From Candidatus Absconditicoccus praedator (GTDB lineage: Bacteria > Patescibacteriota > Gracilibacteria > Absconditabacterales > Absconditicoccaceae), in the NCBI RefSeq assembly GCF_021057185.1, contig NZ_CP054059.1, positions 540,001 to 572,000 on the forward strand: DNA of 32,000 bases, given 5' to 3'. The position numbers and the translations under genes are program-made. Under the pieces are notes generated by a model. It was given only the letters and a program-made list of their open reading frames with translations, ran no database searches and was not told where the DNA came from. Below, piece after piece: positions 20,114-29,449 of this stretch (position 1 is its first letter; the number at the start of each line of letters is the position of its first letter).

Positions 20114-21289
20114 TTATTCTAGAAGGTCTTCTAACATTCAATCAAGTCATCAGTCCATATCAGCTTCTTCTGCTGTAGAAACATCTCATCACAATTCTTC
20201 TATTCTAGACTCAAAAGAGTTTTGAAGATAAATAAACACAGATGTATACAAATATTGATTTTGAACTGACAAGTTAAGATCATCTATTTTATTAATAACA
20301 TCTTCCAAATCTTCATATCTTTCTTCAAGCAAATCAAGATTATCAGTATTATTCACAAAATTATCTATTTTTGATTGAATTGTATTAAACTCTTCATAGT
20401 TTTCTCATACAAGATTGTCTATATTTTCATCAACAATATTTTCTCTTTCTTCTATTGATTTAGAAAACTTTTCCGATAGGTTAACTCATTGATCAAGACT
20501 CACATCTTCTACTTGATAATCTTCTTCTGCTCATTCTACATCCATTTCAACTTGTTCTCATTCATCCTCATAACCTTCTTCTACTCATTCTGCTTCTACA
20601 TCCATATCATATTCTTCTTCGTTATAATCTTCCTCTGCTCATTCTACAGATTCATATCACTCAAACTGTACTTCTCAGTTCCACCAACCAAGTTCTATAT
20701 CTCAAACATACTGATTATCTCCATCATAATATTCAACTCTAGCAGTATTAGACCCTATCCAGTCAATATTACCAACTTCAAACTGTTCAGTATAATTAGG
20801 TTGATTTTCTGATAAATCATTTATATATGAGTTTATATGATCATTATATATTTCAGTAAAGTTTAATTCTTCAATATATTCATCTGTATATATGTCTTCA
20901 GGCGACTCTCATTCATCTTCATAATCTTCTTCTACTCATTCTACTTCTACATCCATATCATATTCTTCTTCGTTATAATCTTCCTCTACTCATTCTACGT
21001 CCATTTCAACTTGTTCTCATTCATCTTCATAATCTTCTTCTACTCATTCTACTTCTACATCCATATCATATTCTTCTTCGTTATAATCTTCCTCTGCTCA
21101 CTCTACGTCCATTTCAACTTGTTCTCATTCATCTTCATAATCTTCTTCTACTCATTCTGCTTCTACATCCATTTCTTGATCAAACATTTGTATTTCTTCT
21201 TCATAATCAGAATAATCTTCTTCTGCATTAACATAACTTAATGCACTTATCAACGCAATTATAGATAAAAAGGAAATAAATTTTTTCAT
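20114..21289 (-). CDS. Secreted hyper-acidic repeat protein (391 aa): signal peptide, 36-aa E/D/V/M/Y repeats on both sides of a Trp/Tyr-rich core, helical C-terminal region
   Basis: MKKFISFLSIIALISALSYVNA signal peptide. Repeats EGVEEDYEDEGEQVEMDVEGAEEDYNEEEYDMDVEV. Core NFTEIYNDHINSYINDLSENQPNYTEQFEVGNIDWIGSNTARVEYYDGDNQYVGDIELGWWNGEVQFEGY. Open only with UGA=Gly; TAA at 20114-20116. Confidence 0.8.
20509..20653. repeat. Distal block (about 1.3 copies) of the 108-bp acidic coding repeat
   Basis: Encodes VEGAEEDYNEEEYDMDVEAEGVEEGYEDEGEQVEMDVEGAEEDYQVED, nearly the same DNA as 20905-21175. Confidence 0.85.
20905..21175. repeat. About 2.5 tandem copies of a 108-bp (36-codon) coding repeat
   Basis: tcatcttcataatcttcttctactcattctacttctacatccatatcatattcttcttcgttataatcttcctct... 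recurs with period 108. Confidence 0.9.
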
Positions 21290-21361
21290 AGCAAACTTGG
21301 TTATCATCTAAAATAGTTTAAGTTTCATAGTCCTTTTAATTAAGGACTAATTATTAAGTGT

Positions 21362-21387
21362 AAAACAAAACCTTAAATAAACATTAA
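21362..21387 (-). promoter_or_regulatory. Copy 1 of the shared 26-nt motif, between the response-regulator stop and the acidic repeat gene
   Basis: aaaacaaaaccttaaataaacattaa lies 7 nt downstream of the RR stop and about 75 nt upstream of ATG 21289. See 20028-20053. Confidence 0.35.
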
Positions 21388-21393
21388 ACATAT

Positions 21394-22041
21394 TTATTTT
21401 TCAATTTTATATCAAAATCATTTCACTGTTTTTATAATCCCTTTACCAAGTTTTCTTCTAATATTGGATATATAAACATCAAGTTTATTATCATTATCAA
21501 AAATATCTCATCACCAAATATAATCAATTATATCTGTCCTTGAAACAGCAGTTCAAAAATGATCTAACAAACACTCAATCAAAGAAATTTCTTTGTTAGT
21601 GAATTCTACTTTTTCTCAATTTTTATACACCTTTTTTTGATTTAAATATATCACTACATCTTCAAATTCAAATTTATCAACCTGATTTGTTCTTTCAAGT
21701 AGCCTTTTTACTCTTGCTAATAGTTCTTCAAAATCAAATGGTTTCACAAGATAATCATCCGCTCACAAGTCAAATCATTCTAATTTATCTTCAAGCTGAT
21801 GCTTGGATGTTGTTATAATGATTGGAATATTAGTTTTTTCTCTTGTATACTCACAAAAATCCATTCAATCTCATCAAGGCAACATCAAATCCAACAAAAC
21901 AAGATTATATTTATTTTTTTTGAAAAGCTTTTTAGCAACTTCAAGATCATCTGCTATATCAGAATCATATCAATTTGCTTGTAGCATTTCTTGTATAGCA
22001 TTAGCAATTGTTTTATTATCTTCAACTATTAGTATTTTCAT
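21394..22041 (-). CDS. OmpR-family response regulator (receiver plus winged helix, 215 aa)
   Basis: MKILIVEDNKTIANAI...YNLVLLDLMLPGGDGMDFC...IPIIITTSK...GADDYLVKPFDFEELLARV, then the wHTH ending TVKGFGYKIEK. Confidence 0.9.
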
Positions 22042-23287
22042 TTTTATTAAATTTTATAGTAAATTTAGTTCAGTTTCAAACTTCCGAACTTACATCAACA
22101 TCATAATCCAACAAATCAATTATTTGCTTCACAATATAAAGTCACATTCAAAAACTTTTTATATCAGTTTTTGCTGAGTCTTCTTGATAAAAACTATGCC
22201 ATATTTTTTGTAAGTTTTCCGATCTTATTCATATACCATCATCTTCAATTTCAAAAAAGTTGTTATCAAAATAGATTTTTATATTTCAATTGTTTTTTGT
22301 ATATTTAAAAGCATTTTCTACAAGATTTTTTACAAGAACTTCAAAAAGTTGATAATTCGAACTCAAATATATATCATCATGTATTTTTTTCTCTATATTT
22401 ATTTTTTTATTAGTATAAAAAGATTCAATTTTTTGTATACAACTGTTAACCAAATTGGAAGCATTAAACTTTTCTATAGAAAAATCAGTTGATGATGACT
22501 GTATCTTGGTAAGAAACAATAAGTTTTCTATTAGAGAATTCATATTTTTAATGGTTGACTTTATCTGTGAAATTTCCTGCTTTGCACCATATTTCATAGA
22601 AATCAAATCCAGTTGAGAACTTATTTCCATAAGTGGAGTCTTTATTTCATGAGATGCATTTGATATAAAATTTTTCAATGATTTTGCCTGAACATATATC
22701 TTATTCATTGACTTATTTATTGTATCAGAAAGTATTTTTATCTCATCGTCATAAGGTCAATCCATACTTATAGGATTATTAAGATTTTCTATATCTAAAC
22801 TTTTTGTTTGTGAAACAAGTGACCTAAGTCTTTTTAGAGATGTTCTCACAAAATAGTGAGAAACAAAATAAGCCAACACTATAAAAAATATTATCATATA
22901 AAAATTTATAAGCAAAAGGTTCAACTGCGAAAATATATGGTAAGTGACAACTGAATATGACAAATTTTCTCAAGAAATAGAATATAATACATAATCATTA
23001 TCAATTCTTGATATGTTAAATAAAACATCATTTTCTAATATCTCCTTAGCCAAAACGTTATCCAGACTTATTGTATCTCAAGGTCAAGAATGACGAAGAT
23101 GTTTGGGAACCATAGGATCAAAACCAAATAGCTGAAACACAGTAGACCTTTCTTCAAGAAAAGCTTTTTCTTGACTATACCATTGAGAAAAATAAAAAAA
23201 GTTTACTATTATACCAAACAAAAATAGTAATATCGTTGTAAACAAAGTGAATTTTAAACTTATTTTTGTAGATGTTGTTAGATTCAT
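22016..23287 (-). CDS. Sensor histidine kinase (2 TM, HisKA, HATPase_c; 423 aa)
   Basis: The three track fragments are in one frame joined by UGA-Gly. TM helices near the N-terminus and at LLLINFYMIIFFIVLAYFV. H-box FISNASHEIKTPL, N-box LVENAFKYT, G-boxes EIEDDGIGI and GMGLYIVKQI. The 3' end overlaps the RR start by 26 nt. Confidence 0.9.
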
Positions 23288-23406
23288 GATAAATTTATAA
23301 TAACATTTAATCTTAATTCAATCTTAATTTTTTTCTTAAAAGTATGTATTGCATTTGCCTAAAAATAAATTATAGGTATGAAAGTATTTAACGATAAAAA
23401 TTCATT

Positions 23407-23949
23407 ATGAATATACCAAAGCTGGCTGAAGCAAAAAATAATACTGAAAAGGATGCTTATTCTGAACAAACACACTCTATAGAAAGTTTTTTAGAAAAAT
23501 ATTTGCAAAATGAAAGTATTCACACTCTAAGTAATTTCCAAGTACCTAAAAAAATATTATCCAGCCAAGATATAACAGCATTAAAATCGTATTGTATAAG
23601 ATTTTTAAAAAAACCAAACTGAGAAATATGAGAAGCTGATGAACATTTTTTAAGATTATTAAAAAAGTCTATCAATAAACCTTATAATAAAGATTGACCT
23701 AAAGAAGAAGATAAAATAATTATACAAACTCTAATAAAATTAATTGAAGAATGATTTAAAACAATATATTGAGAAAACACTTTAAATAAAGTTTTTAATA
23801 TTTTGGAATGAAAAGATATTCTTGATATACAAAATATCTTAAAAAACAAATTCCAACAAAAATCCAAGTCTGAAGAAGCTTTTCAAACATTAATGAATAA
23901 ACCACAAAAAGACCCAAAAAACAACATGAAAGTAACAAAGGAAGTTTAA
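23407..23949 (+). CDS. Hypothetical protein (180 aa), Lys/Glu-rich, no signal peptide
   Basis: The track ORF 23407-23622 continues through five UGA-Gly codons to TAA at 23947-23949. No recognised motif. Confidence 0.55.
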
Positions 23950-24010
23950 TAAACATTATTGAAAAAGATGAAAACAACAATACAAAATACAAAATTAGAT
24001 ATATCAATAA

Positions 24011-24030
24011 AAATACTTTTGCAAGTATTT
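24011..24030. terminator. Weak AT-rich hairpin between convergent genes
   Basis: aaatacttTTGCaagtattt, an 8-bp mostly A:T stem followed by gttgtttt. Low predicted stability. Confidence 0.2.
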
Positions 24031-24046
24031 GTTGTTTTAAATAATA

Positions 24047-25138
24047 CTAAGAAGATTTTTTAGAAAACTTTTTTGTTTTTAATATTTTTTGCACAACTTC
24101 TCTAAGAATACCAACTTCTATAGGTGACAATCAACAAACATTAAACCTTTTTTGCTTTTCTTTAATATATCATTGTATTAGTATAGCTGTAGGCTTATCA
24201 ATAAAATAAACAACACTTCCTACTTGTACATAATGTGTATTGTTTTTTTTATCAGTTCACAAAGAAAATTTCATATTTTGCTTCTGAGTTGTTTTTGGAA
24301 AAGATCTAGAGACTATATCAATTAATTGAGATTTTAATCACTCAAAATCAGAGTCTAAATCTATTTTGTTCAAAATTTTATTGGTTTTTTCTAGTTGATT
24401 TTGCAAAAAAGCCAAAACATAATCATTATTTAAATATTCTGGATTTAATTCTGGATATCTCTTTCTAAGCCTATCCAATCATCTCTTTTTTATAGTTTCT
24501 AAATGTTGAACATTAGATGAAGACAGCTCTCAAGTATGAAAATTAGGAGTTTTATTTTTCTCCAATTCCATTATCTCTAAAGCAGTTTCTTCATCTACAT
24601 AATGAAAAAGTCATCAAATTTTATAAAGCTTACAATCGGGATACCTTGGGAAACTCAATCATTGCTGCTTAATTATATTCTCAGAATACTTTTCATTCAA
24701 ACTTTTTCTTCAATCTTCTCACTTTTTTTCTGCAGATTTTTTTAGATTATAAACCTCCTTTTTAGCATCCCATCTTCCTGGTAAAATATTTGGATATTGT
24801 TGCTTTAGCCTAGAAAGTCATGCTTCTTTTATTTTTTTTAATTCAACTAAACTCAATCAAAAAGACCTACTTATAGTAAGATCTCTTCATTTATTTTTTT
24901 CCCTATATTTTTCTAATATGTCTTTAGCAGTTTGATCATCTACATAATGCCAAAGTCATGCTATTTTATGAAATTTTACTCACGGATAGTTTGGAAACTC
25001 TATTCATTGACAAAGATGATAATATTCTTCATTGGCAGCCTTTTTACTTAAAGCATTTTTTAATCTTTGCTTCAAACTATTGTCTTTTTTAACTCTTTGA
25101 TTATAAAACTCATCTAATCTTGATTTAATAGCTTCCAT
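24047..25138 (-). CDS. Hypothetical protein (363 aa) with an internal duplication of about 80 aa
   Basis: Table-25 ORF from ATG 25138 to TAG 24047-24049. QGIEFPNYPGVKFHKIAGLWHYVDDQTAKDILEKY...LKKIKEAGLSRLKQQYPNILPG is repeated as QGLSFPRYPDCKLYKIGGLFHYVDEETALEIMEL...LETIKKRGLDRLRKRYPELNPE. Confidence 0.65.
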
Positions 25139-25283
25139 TTGATGTAATTTTATTTAAAGTTAAATCAGAAATTCTTATAAAGTTTTATTTGTTTATTTCA
25201 AGTTAACTATTGAATTAATTGTAATAAATAAATTTTCTAAACACTTTATTTTATTATAACATACTACTTTTTCAAAATAAATA

Positions 25284-25311
25284 TTGAAAATTTTTATATT
25301 CTTATTATAAT
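25284..25311 (+). promoter_or_regulatory. Near-consensus sigma70-type promoter upstream of the small acidic ORF and map
   Basis: TTGAAA (25284-25289), 16-nt spacer, TATAAT (25306-25311), 30 nt upstream of ATG 25341. Confidence 0.4.
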
Positions 25312-25340
25312 GGCTTTTTATTTGTTAATAAATTATAAAA

Positions 25341-25565
25341 ATGGAAGAAGAAATAACAATTAATGCAAAAGTTGCTGAACCTACCAAAAAAATTATAGAA
25401 GATATTAGAGGAATATATAAAGAAAACTATCCAGATCTGTCAGAGGAATATATAAATTGATATATGCTTGAAGACATGCTTGAAGCTTTCCTAGAATGAT
25501 GAGAAGAAGACGATGAGTGACCAGAAGAAGACGATTCTGACAATAATACAGAAGAAGAAAAATAA
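25341..25565 (+). CDS. Small acidic protein (74 aa)
   Basis: MEEEITINAKVAEPTKKIIEDIRGIYKENYPDLSEEYINGYMLEDMLEAFLEGGEEDDEGPEEDDSDNNTEEEK. Four UGA-Gly codons, TAA stop. No family recognised. Confidence 0.5.
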
Positions 25566-25595
25566 TTGTTTTAAACTTTTTTAAAAGTTATATAA

Positions 25596-26354
25596 ATGCT
25601 TTCTAAATCTGAATCAAAAATTAAAAACATTAAAGAATCTTGAAAGTACCTAACAGAACTTTTACATTTAGTTAAAGATGCTGTATGAGTGTGAGTCAGA
25701 TTATCATATCTTGAATCTATAGCACAAGATTATATTAATAGAAAATGACTAAAATGAGCATTTAAATGATATATGTGATTCCCCGCAAATCTTTGTCTAT
25801 CTGTAAACGATTGTATAGTTCACTGAATACCAGATGAGTACCAACTAAAAGAATGAGATGTTTTGAAAATAGATGCATGAATTGTATATAATTGATGAAT
25901 TTCTGATAGTGCTATAACTGTCATTGTATGATGAGACAATTCAAATCAATTATGAAAGGAATTATACAAAACAACAAAACATGCACTTGATACAGCCATG
26001 GAAAAAATAGCTCCTTGAGTACCTCTTTTTGAATATTCAAAAACAATATACTCAACAATGATGAGTAATGATTTTAGTGTAATAAAAAATCTTACCTGAC
26101 ATTGAGTTTGAGACAAGGTACATGAAAAACCTCATATATACAACTGGCCCCACCCAGAAACAAAAAAAATAAAATTTGAAAAAAATATGGTCTTAGCATT
26201 AGAACCAATAACATCAATATTGTCTGAAGACATAAAAACCAAGCCCTGAAATGACTGGAATTTGTATACAGAAAATGAAGATTTATGAGCACAATGGGAG
26301 TATACTGTTTTAGTTACTGACAACTGAATACAAATAATATCAGGTATTCAATAA
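25596..26354 (+). CDS. map: Type I methionine aminopeptidase (252 aa)
   Basis: ...NDCIVHGIPDEYQLKEGDVLKIDAGIVYNGGISDSAITVIVG...NLTGHGVGDKVHEKPHIYN...MVLALEPI...AQWEYTVLVTDNG matches the MetAP metal-ligand motifs. HGIP, GHGVG and D-x-G-Gly residues are UGA-encoded. Confidence 0.9.
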
Positions 26355-26377
26355 TATAAACTTCATTTTTTTACAAA

Positions 26378-26407
26378 TAAAAAACAGGAATTAAATTCCT
26401 GTTTTTT
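26378..26407. terminator. Bidirectional intrinsic terminator between convergent map and csp
   Basis: aaaaaaCAGGAATtaaATTCCTGtttttt: 7-bp stem with an A-run upstream and a T-run downstream, so it reads as a terminator on both strands. Confidence 0.75.
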
Positions 26408-26428
26408 ATTTAAACTTTCTAAGAATAA

Positions 26429-26647
26429 CTAATCAACTTTAACATTAGTAGCTTTTGGTTTACCATTTTCTCCTTCAATTATATTAAATGTTAGTTTATC
26501 TCATTCTTCTAATTCATTAAATGCTTCATATCAATCTTGACCTTCTCATAACGCACTTGCATGAAAGAAAACACTTTCTCAACTATCAGTTAAAATAAAT
26601 CCAAATCACTTATCTGTCAACTTGTCTATTGTACCTGTATTACTCAT
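26429..26647 (-). CDS. Cold-shock domain protein (CspA family, 72 aa)
   Basis: MSNTGTIDKLTDKGFGFILTDSGESVFFHASAL...GDKLTFNIIEGENGKPKATNVKVD contains the RNP1-like KGFGFI and RNP2-like VFFH motifs. Confidence 0.9.
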
Positions 26648-26667
26648 ATTTTGTAAGATAATTTTAT

Positions 26668-26695
26668 AAAAAAACGGGCATCACCCTAGTTGCCC
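26668..26695 (-). terminator. Intrinsic-terminator-like hairpin only about 20 nt upstream of the csp start codon (terminator of the upstream gene and/or csp leader attenuator)
   Basis: Minus strand GGGCAactagggtgaTGCCCgTTTTTTT (stem 26691-26695 / 26676-26680, T-run 26668-26674). ATG of csp is at 26647. Confidence 0.55.
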
Positions 26696-26732
26696 AAAAA
26701 TTCAAAAGCAGATTTTTGTTACAACTAAGTAT

Positions 26733-26760
26733 AGTATAATTAGATCAAATAAAAAATCAA
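26733..26760 (-). promoter_or_regulatory. Candidate csp promoter upstream of the leader hairpin
   Basis: Minus strand TTGATT (26760-26755), 16-nt spacer, TATACT (26738-26733). It would give a leader of roughly 80 nt containing the hairpin at 26668-26695. Confidence 0.3.
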
Positions 26761-26811
26761 ATGATTTTTCTCTAAATTTGAAATAATCAAACAGAACTGG
26801 AAAATACTCTA

Positions 26812-29385
26812 CTATTTTCTAGGCTTTCTTCTCTCTCGTGTAGTAGATTTTGTTTCAAGCCTTTTTTTATCGTGACTTCTATTTATTTGATTAATCTTTC
26901 ATTCAAGCTTAGTTTTTATTTCATTTATTTTTCTGGAAGTTTCTGGATTGGGATAATAAAAATTTCCTCACACAATAATATGTCAATTCTTTTCTACAAT
27001 CCTCCTCACATACACATCCACCAATAATTCTTCTCATAATATATTTAAATCTAATCTTACCAAATCATTTTCTATAATATCAGAATCAACTCACTCTTTT
27101 TTTTCTAATCAAAATCAAATTCAAGCTGAACTTAAATCTAAAATTACTCACTTCCAATTACCATTTATTCAAACTGGCATTAATAAGGAATAACCTAAAG
27201 GAACCTTTTCTACTTCAACTCAATCCAAACTAGAAACATCAATAAATTTCTTATCTCTAATTTGTTCTATATTACTTAAAGCATCTTTTATATAACCTAT
27301 CCTATTTTCTAAACTAAGTTCTTTTCATCATCTATATAAAAACTCAACTCTATGATACTGTCTTTCTGTTCAAAAATCCTCCTTATCTTCTATAACCAAA
27401 GTTTCTAGCTCTTCTCTAAGATTTTTTATTTCATATCTAAAACTAGAGCTTAGTGTTTTAGAAATTTTTTTAGGAAAGTATGGAGTTCATCTTCTAACTG
27501 CATTTAAATAGGATCCATAATTATCTAAACCAACTCTTCAAGACGTATAATTTCATAATAAATAATAAATAAAATTAATATCACTACTATTGTTTTTAAT
27601 GTTTATATATCCATCTGATTTAACTCTATTTTCTGCATCTTCAATTTTTTTGTTTATTTCTTCTCTTCTATTTTTTAAATTACTCAATTTTTTTTGTTTA
27701 TCAAATACTGATGTTTGTAATTTTTTAAATAAACCCAATATTAATTGTCTTTTTGAGTGTGGAAGATCTCTAAGATTTACTTCTCATTTTTTATATTTTT
27801 CAAAAAAACTAATTGCATTTTGAACTTCTTTAGAAGATTTTATTTTTTCTAAATCGGCATTTATTTCTGATATTTCTCTATTTATCTCTTCTAATTCTAG
27901 TTGCATTGAATTGAGTTCTTCTTGCGACATAAGTCTAACCTTATCTACAGAAAGCATTATATTTGTGGTTAATCATTCAGTCATGTTTCATCCACTTAAC
28001 ATTCAATTATTATCCATATGTAAAGATCCTGAACAATGAATATTATTTCAATAGCTGCTTCAAATAGATATATTATCTCAAATTATTATACAATTTACAG
28101 CTTTCCTTACTTCAACATCAGTTCAAATTATTATAGAATTCTCAGCATACTCAACTTTTGTTTTTCAATAAACACATCTAACTTCAGAATTTATTAACTT
28201 TCATTTAACCATTAAAGACCCTCCAATATTTTCAATGTCTCATCAAACAGAATCCTCAAACAAAATAATCTTTCATCAATTTGACTTCAAAAATCAATTT
28301 AACTTTCCTCACTTTAACACTATATTTTTTCATTCTATTCAATATCAATTTTCTACAGTTCAAAATTGATGAAAATTTTCTGCATCTATTTGAAGTATTC
28401 AGGTTTTGGGTCATATATTTGTGTTATTTATACATTCTGAAGTTATACTTATTTTTCATTTTGAATCTTTTGATATAAATCAAGCAGTCTTAGCAACAAG
28501 ATACTCAACTCAATCAACTACTTCTATATTAGTTCATTTTCAAGAAAATCTTCTCAAGTTGTGATCCTTTCAATGGACCTGCCTAAGTTCCGTTCAAAAA
28601 ACAGTCATTCAAGGATATCAAATTGTTGGTGGAACCTTTCTAATTAATCTTGGATCAGACAGATCTGTTATTTGAGGAATAGGATTCTTAGCCCTTTTCA
28701 TGTCAACTTTTCAATCTTCTCTATCTAAGGGAGAAAAGTCTTTTTCTATGTCTATTAAATGTTCAAAGTATGCATCTTCTCAATTTTTAGGCTGAATTCA
28801 TTCAGCTATAATATCAACAAATTGATTATTTTTTCATGTCTGTACTTGCTCTTCAATCTCTTGAACTGATTTATCTATTTTTTCAAAATCTAAACCAAAA
28901 ACTACTCAATACTCCAAAAGTATTGAAAATAATTTATCTTTTTCTATTGGACTTTCAATATCCTTGCGCTTCATTCATCAGTCTTTTACTATTTTTCAAA
29001 AATTAAACAATATTTTTCAGCTTTTTTCTTTTAATCTTTTTTGGTATGACTGCTTTTCTTCTAAATCAAATTTTTTAAAACTTTTTCACAATTTAATACT
29101 GTCTTCTGAGACATTTTTATTAACTATTATATCTAGTATACTTTCAAAATTCTCATCTATTCACTCTATAAAAAATCATTCTTCAAAAATTTTTTTAAGA
29201 TAATTCAACAAGGACTTTTTTGATAAATCTGAAGAAAATTCAAAAAAAACACCTTCATTACTAAAAGTAATTGGCAATCAAAGTTCATCTTTTAGCATAT
29301 CAGAAATGCTGTTACTATTATCAGAAACTTTAGAAGAAAGCGTTTCTTCACCACTTCTTATTGTATTTTTAGCATTATCAGTCAT
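26812..29385 (-). CDS. Large FapA/DUF342-like protein A (857 aa): N-domain, Gly-rich beta-helix region, coiled coil, C-terminal PilZ-like barrel, basic tail
   Basis: Single table-25 ORF (more than 70 UGA-Gly). FapA_N-like LFSILLEYGVVFGLDFEKI. PPTIGYPGMTVFGTELRQVHGKDHNL...GKGTNIEVVDGVEYLVAKTAGFISKDSKGKISI, then repetitive G-x-hydrophobic turns (GYGIEGKNIVLKGGKLNGFLKSNGGKIILFEDSVGGDIENIGGSLMVKGKLINSEV...). Coiled coil MSQEELNSMQLELEEINREISEINADLEKIK. C-terminus ERQYHRVEF ... GVILDLSSAGIGFGL ... VRRIVEKNGHIIVGGNF. Confidence 0.6.
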
Positions 29386-29449
29386 CAGTTCAAAATAAAT
29401 ATAAATTACAAGACAATATATATACAAAAAAACAAATGTCAATCATATT

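Noticed and set aside
20489-21241. Plus-strand ORFs of 107 aa and 76 aa (Phe/Ile-rich)
   Set aside because: They are antisense to the acidic 108-bp repeat blocks of the 20114-21289 gene, the same compositional artefact as above.
21328-21349. 8-bp hairpin tagtcctt/ttaatt/aaggacta between the RR and the acidic gene, considered as a terminator
   Set aside because: No T-run follows it on the minus strand, so I did not annotate it as a terminator. It may be a leader structure and is mentioned under the motif finding only.
21799-22177. Plus-strand ORFs of 61 and 124 aa
   Set aside because: They are antisense to the response regulator and the 3' end of the histidine kinase, both of which have clear family motifs on the minus strand.
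26731-26740. Perfect TATAAT on the plus strand (atagTATAATt)
   Set aside because: No plus-strand gene lies downstream, because the next genes are on the minus strand. Perfect -10 hexamers are expected by chance in DNA this AT-rich.
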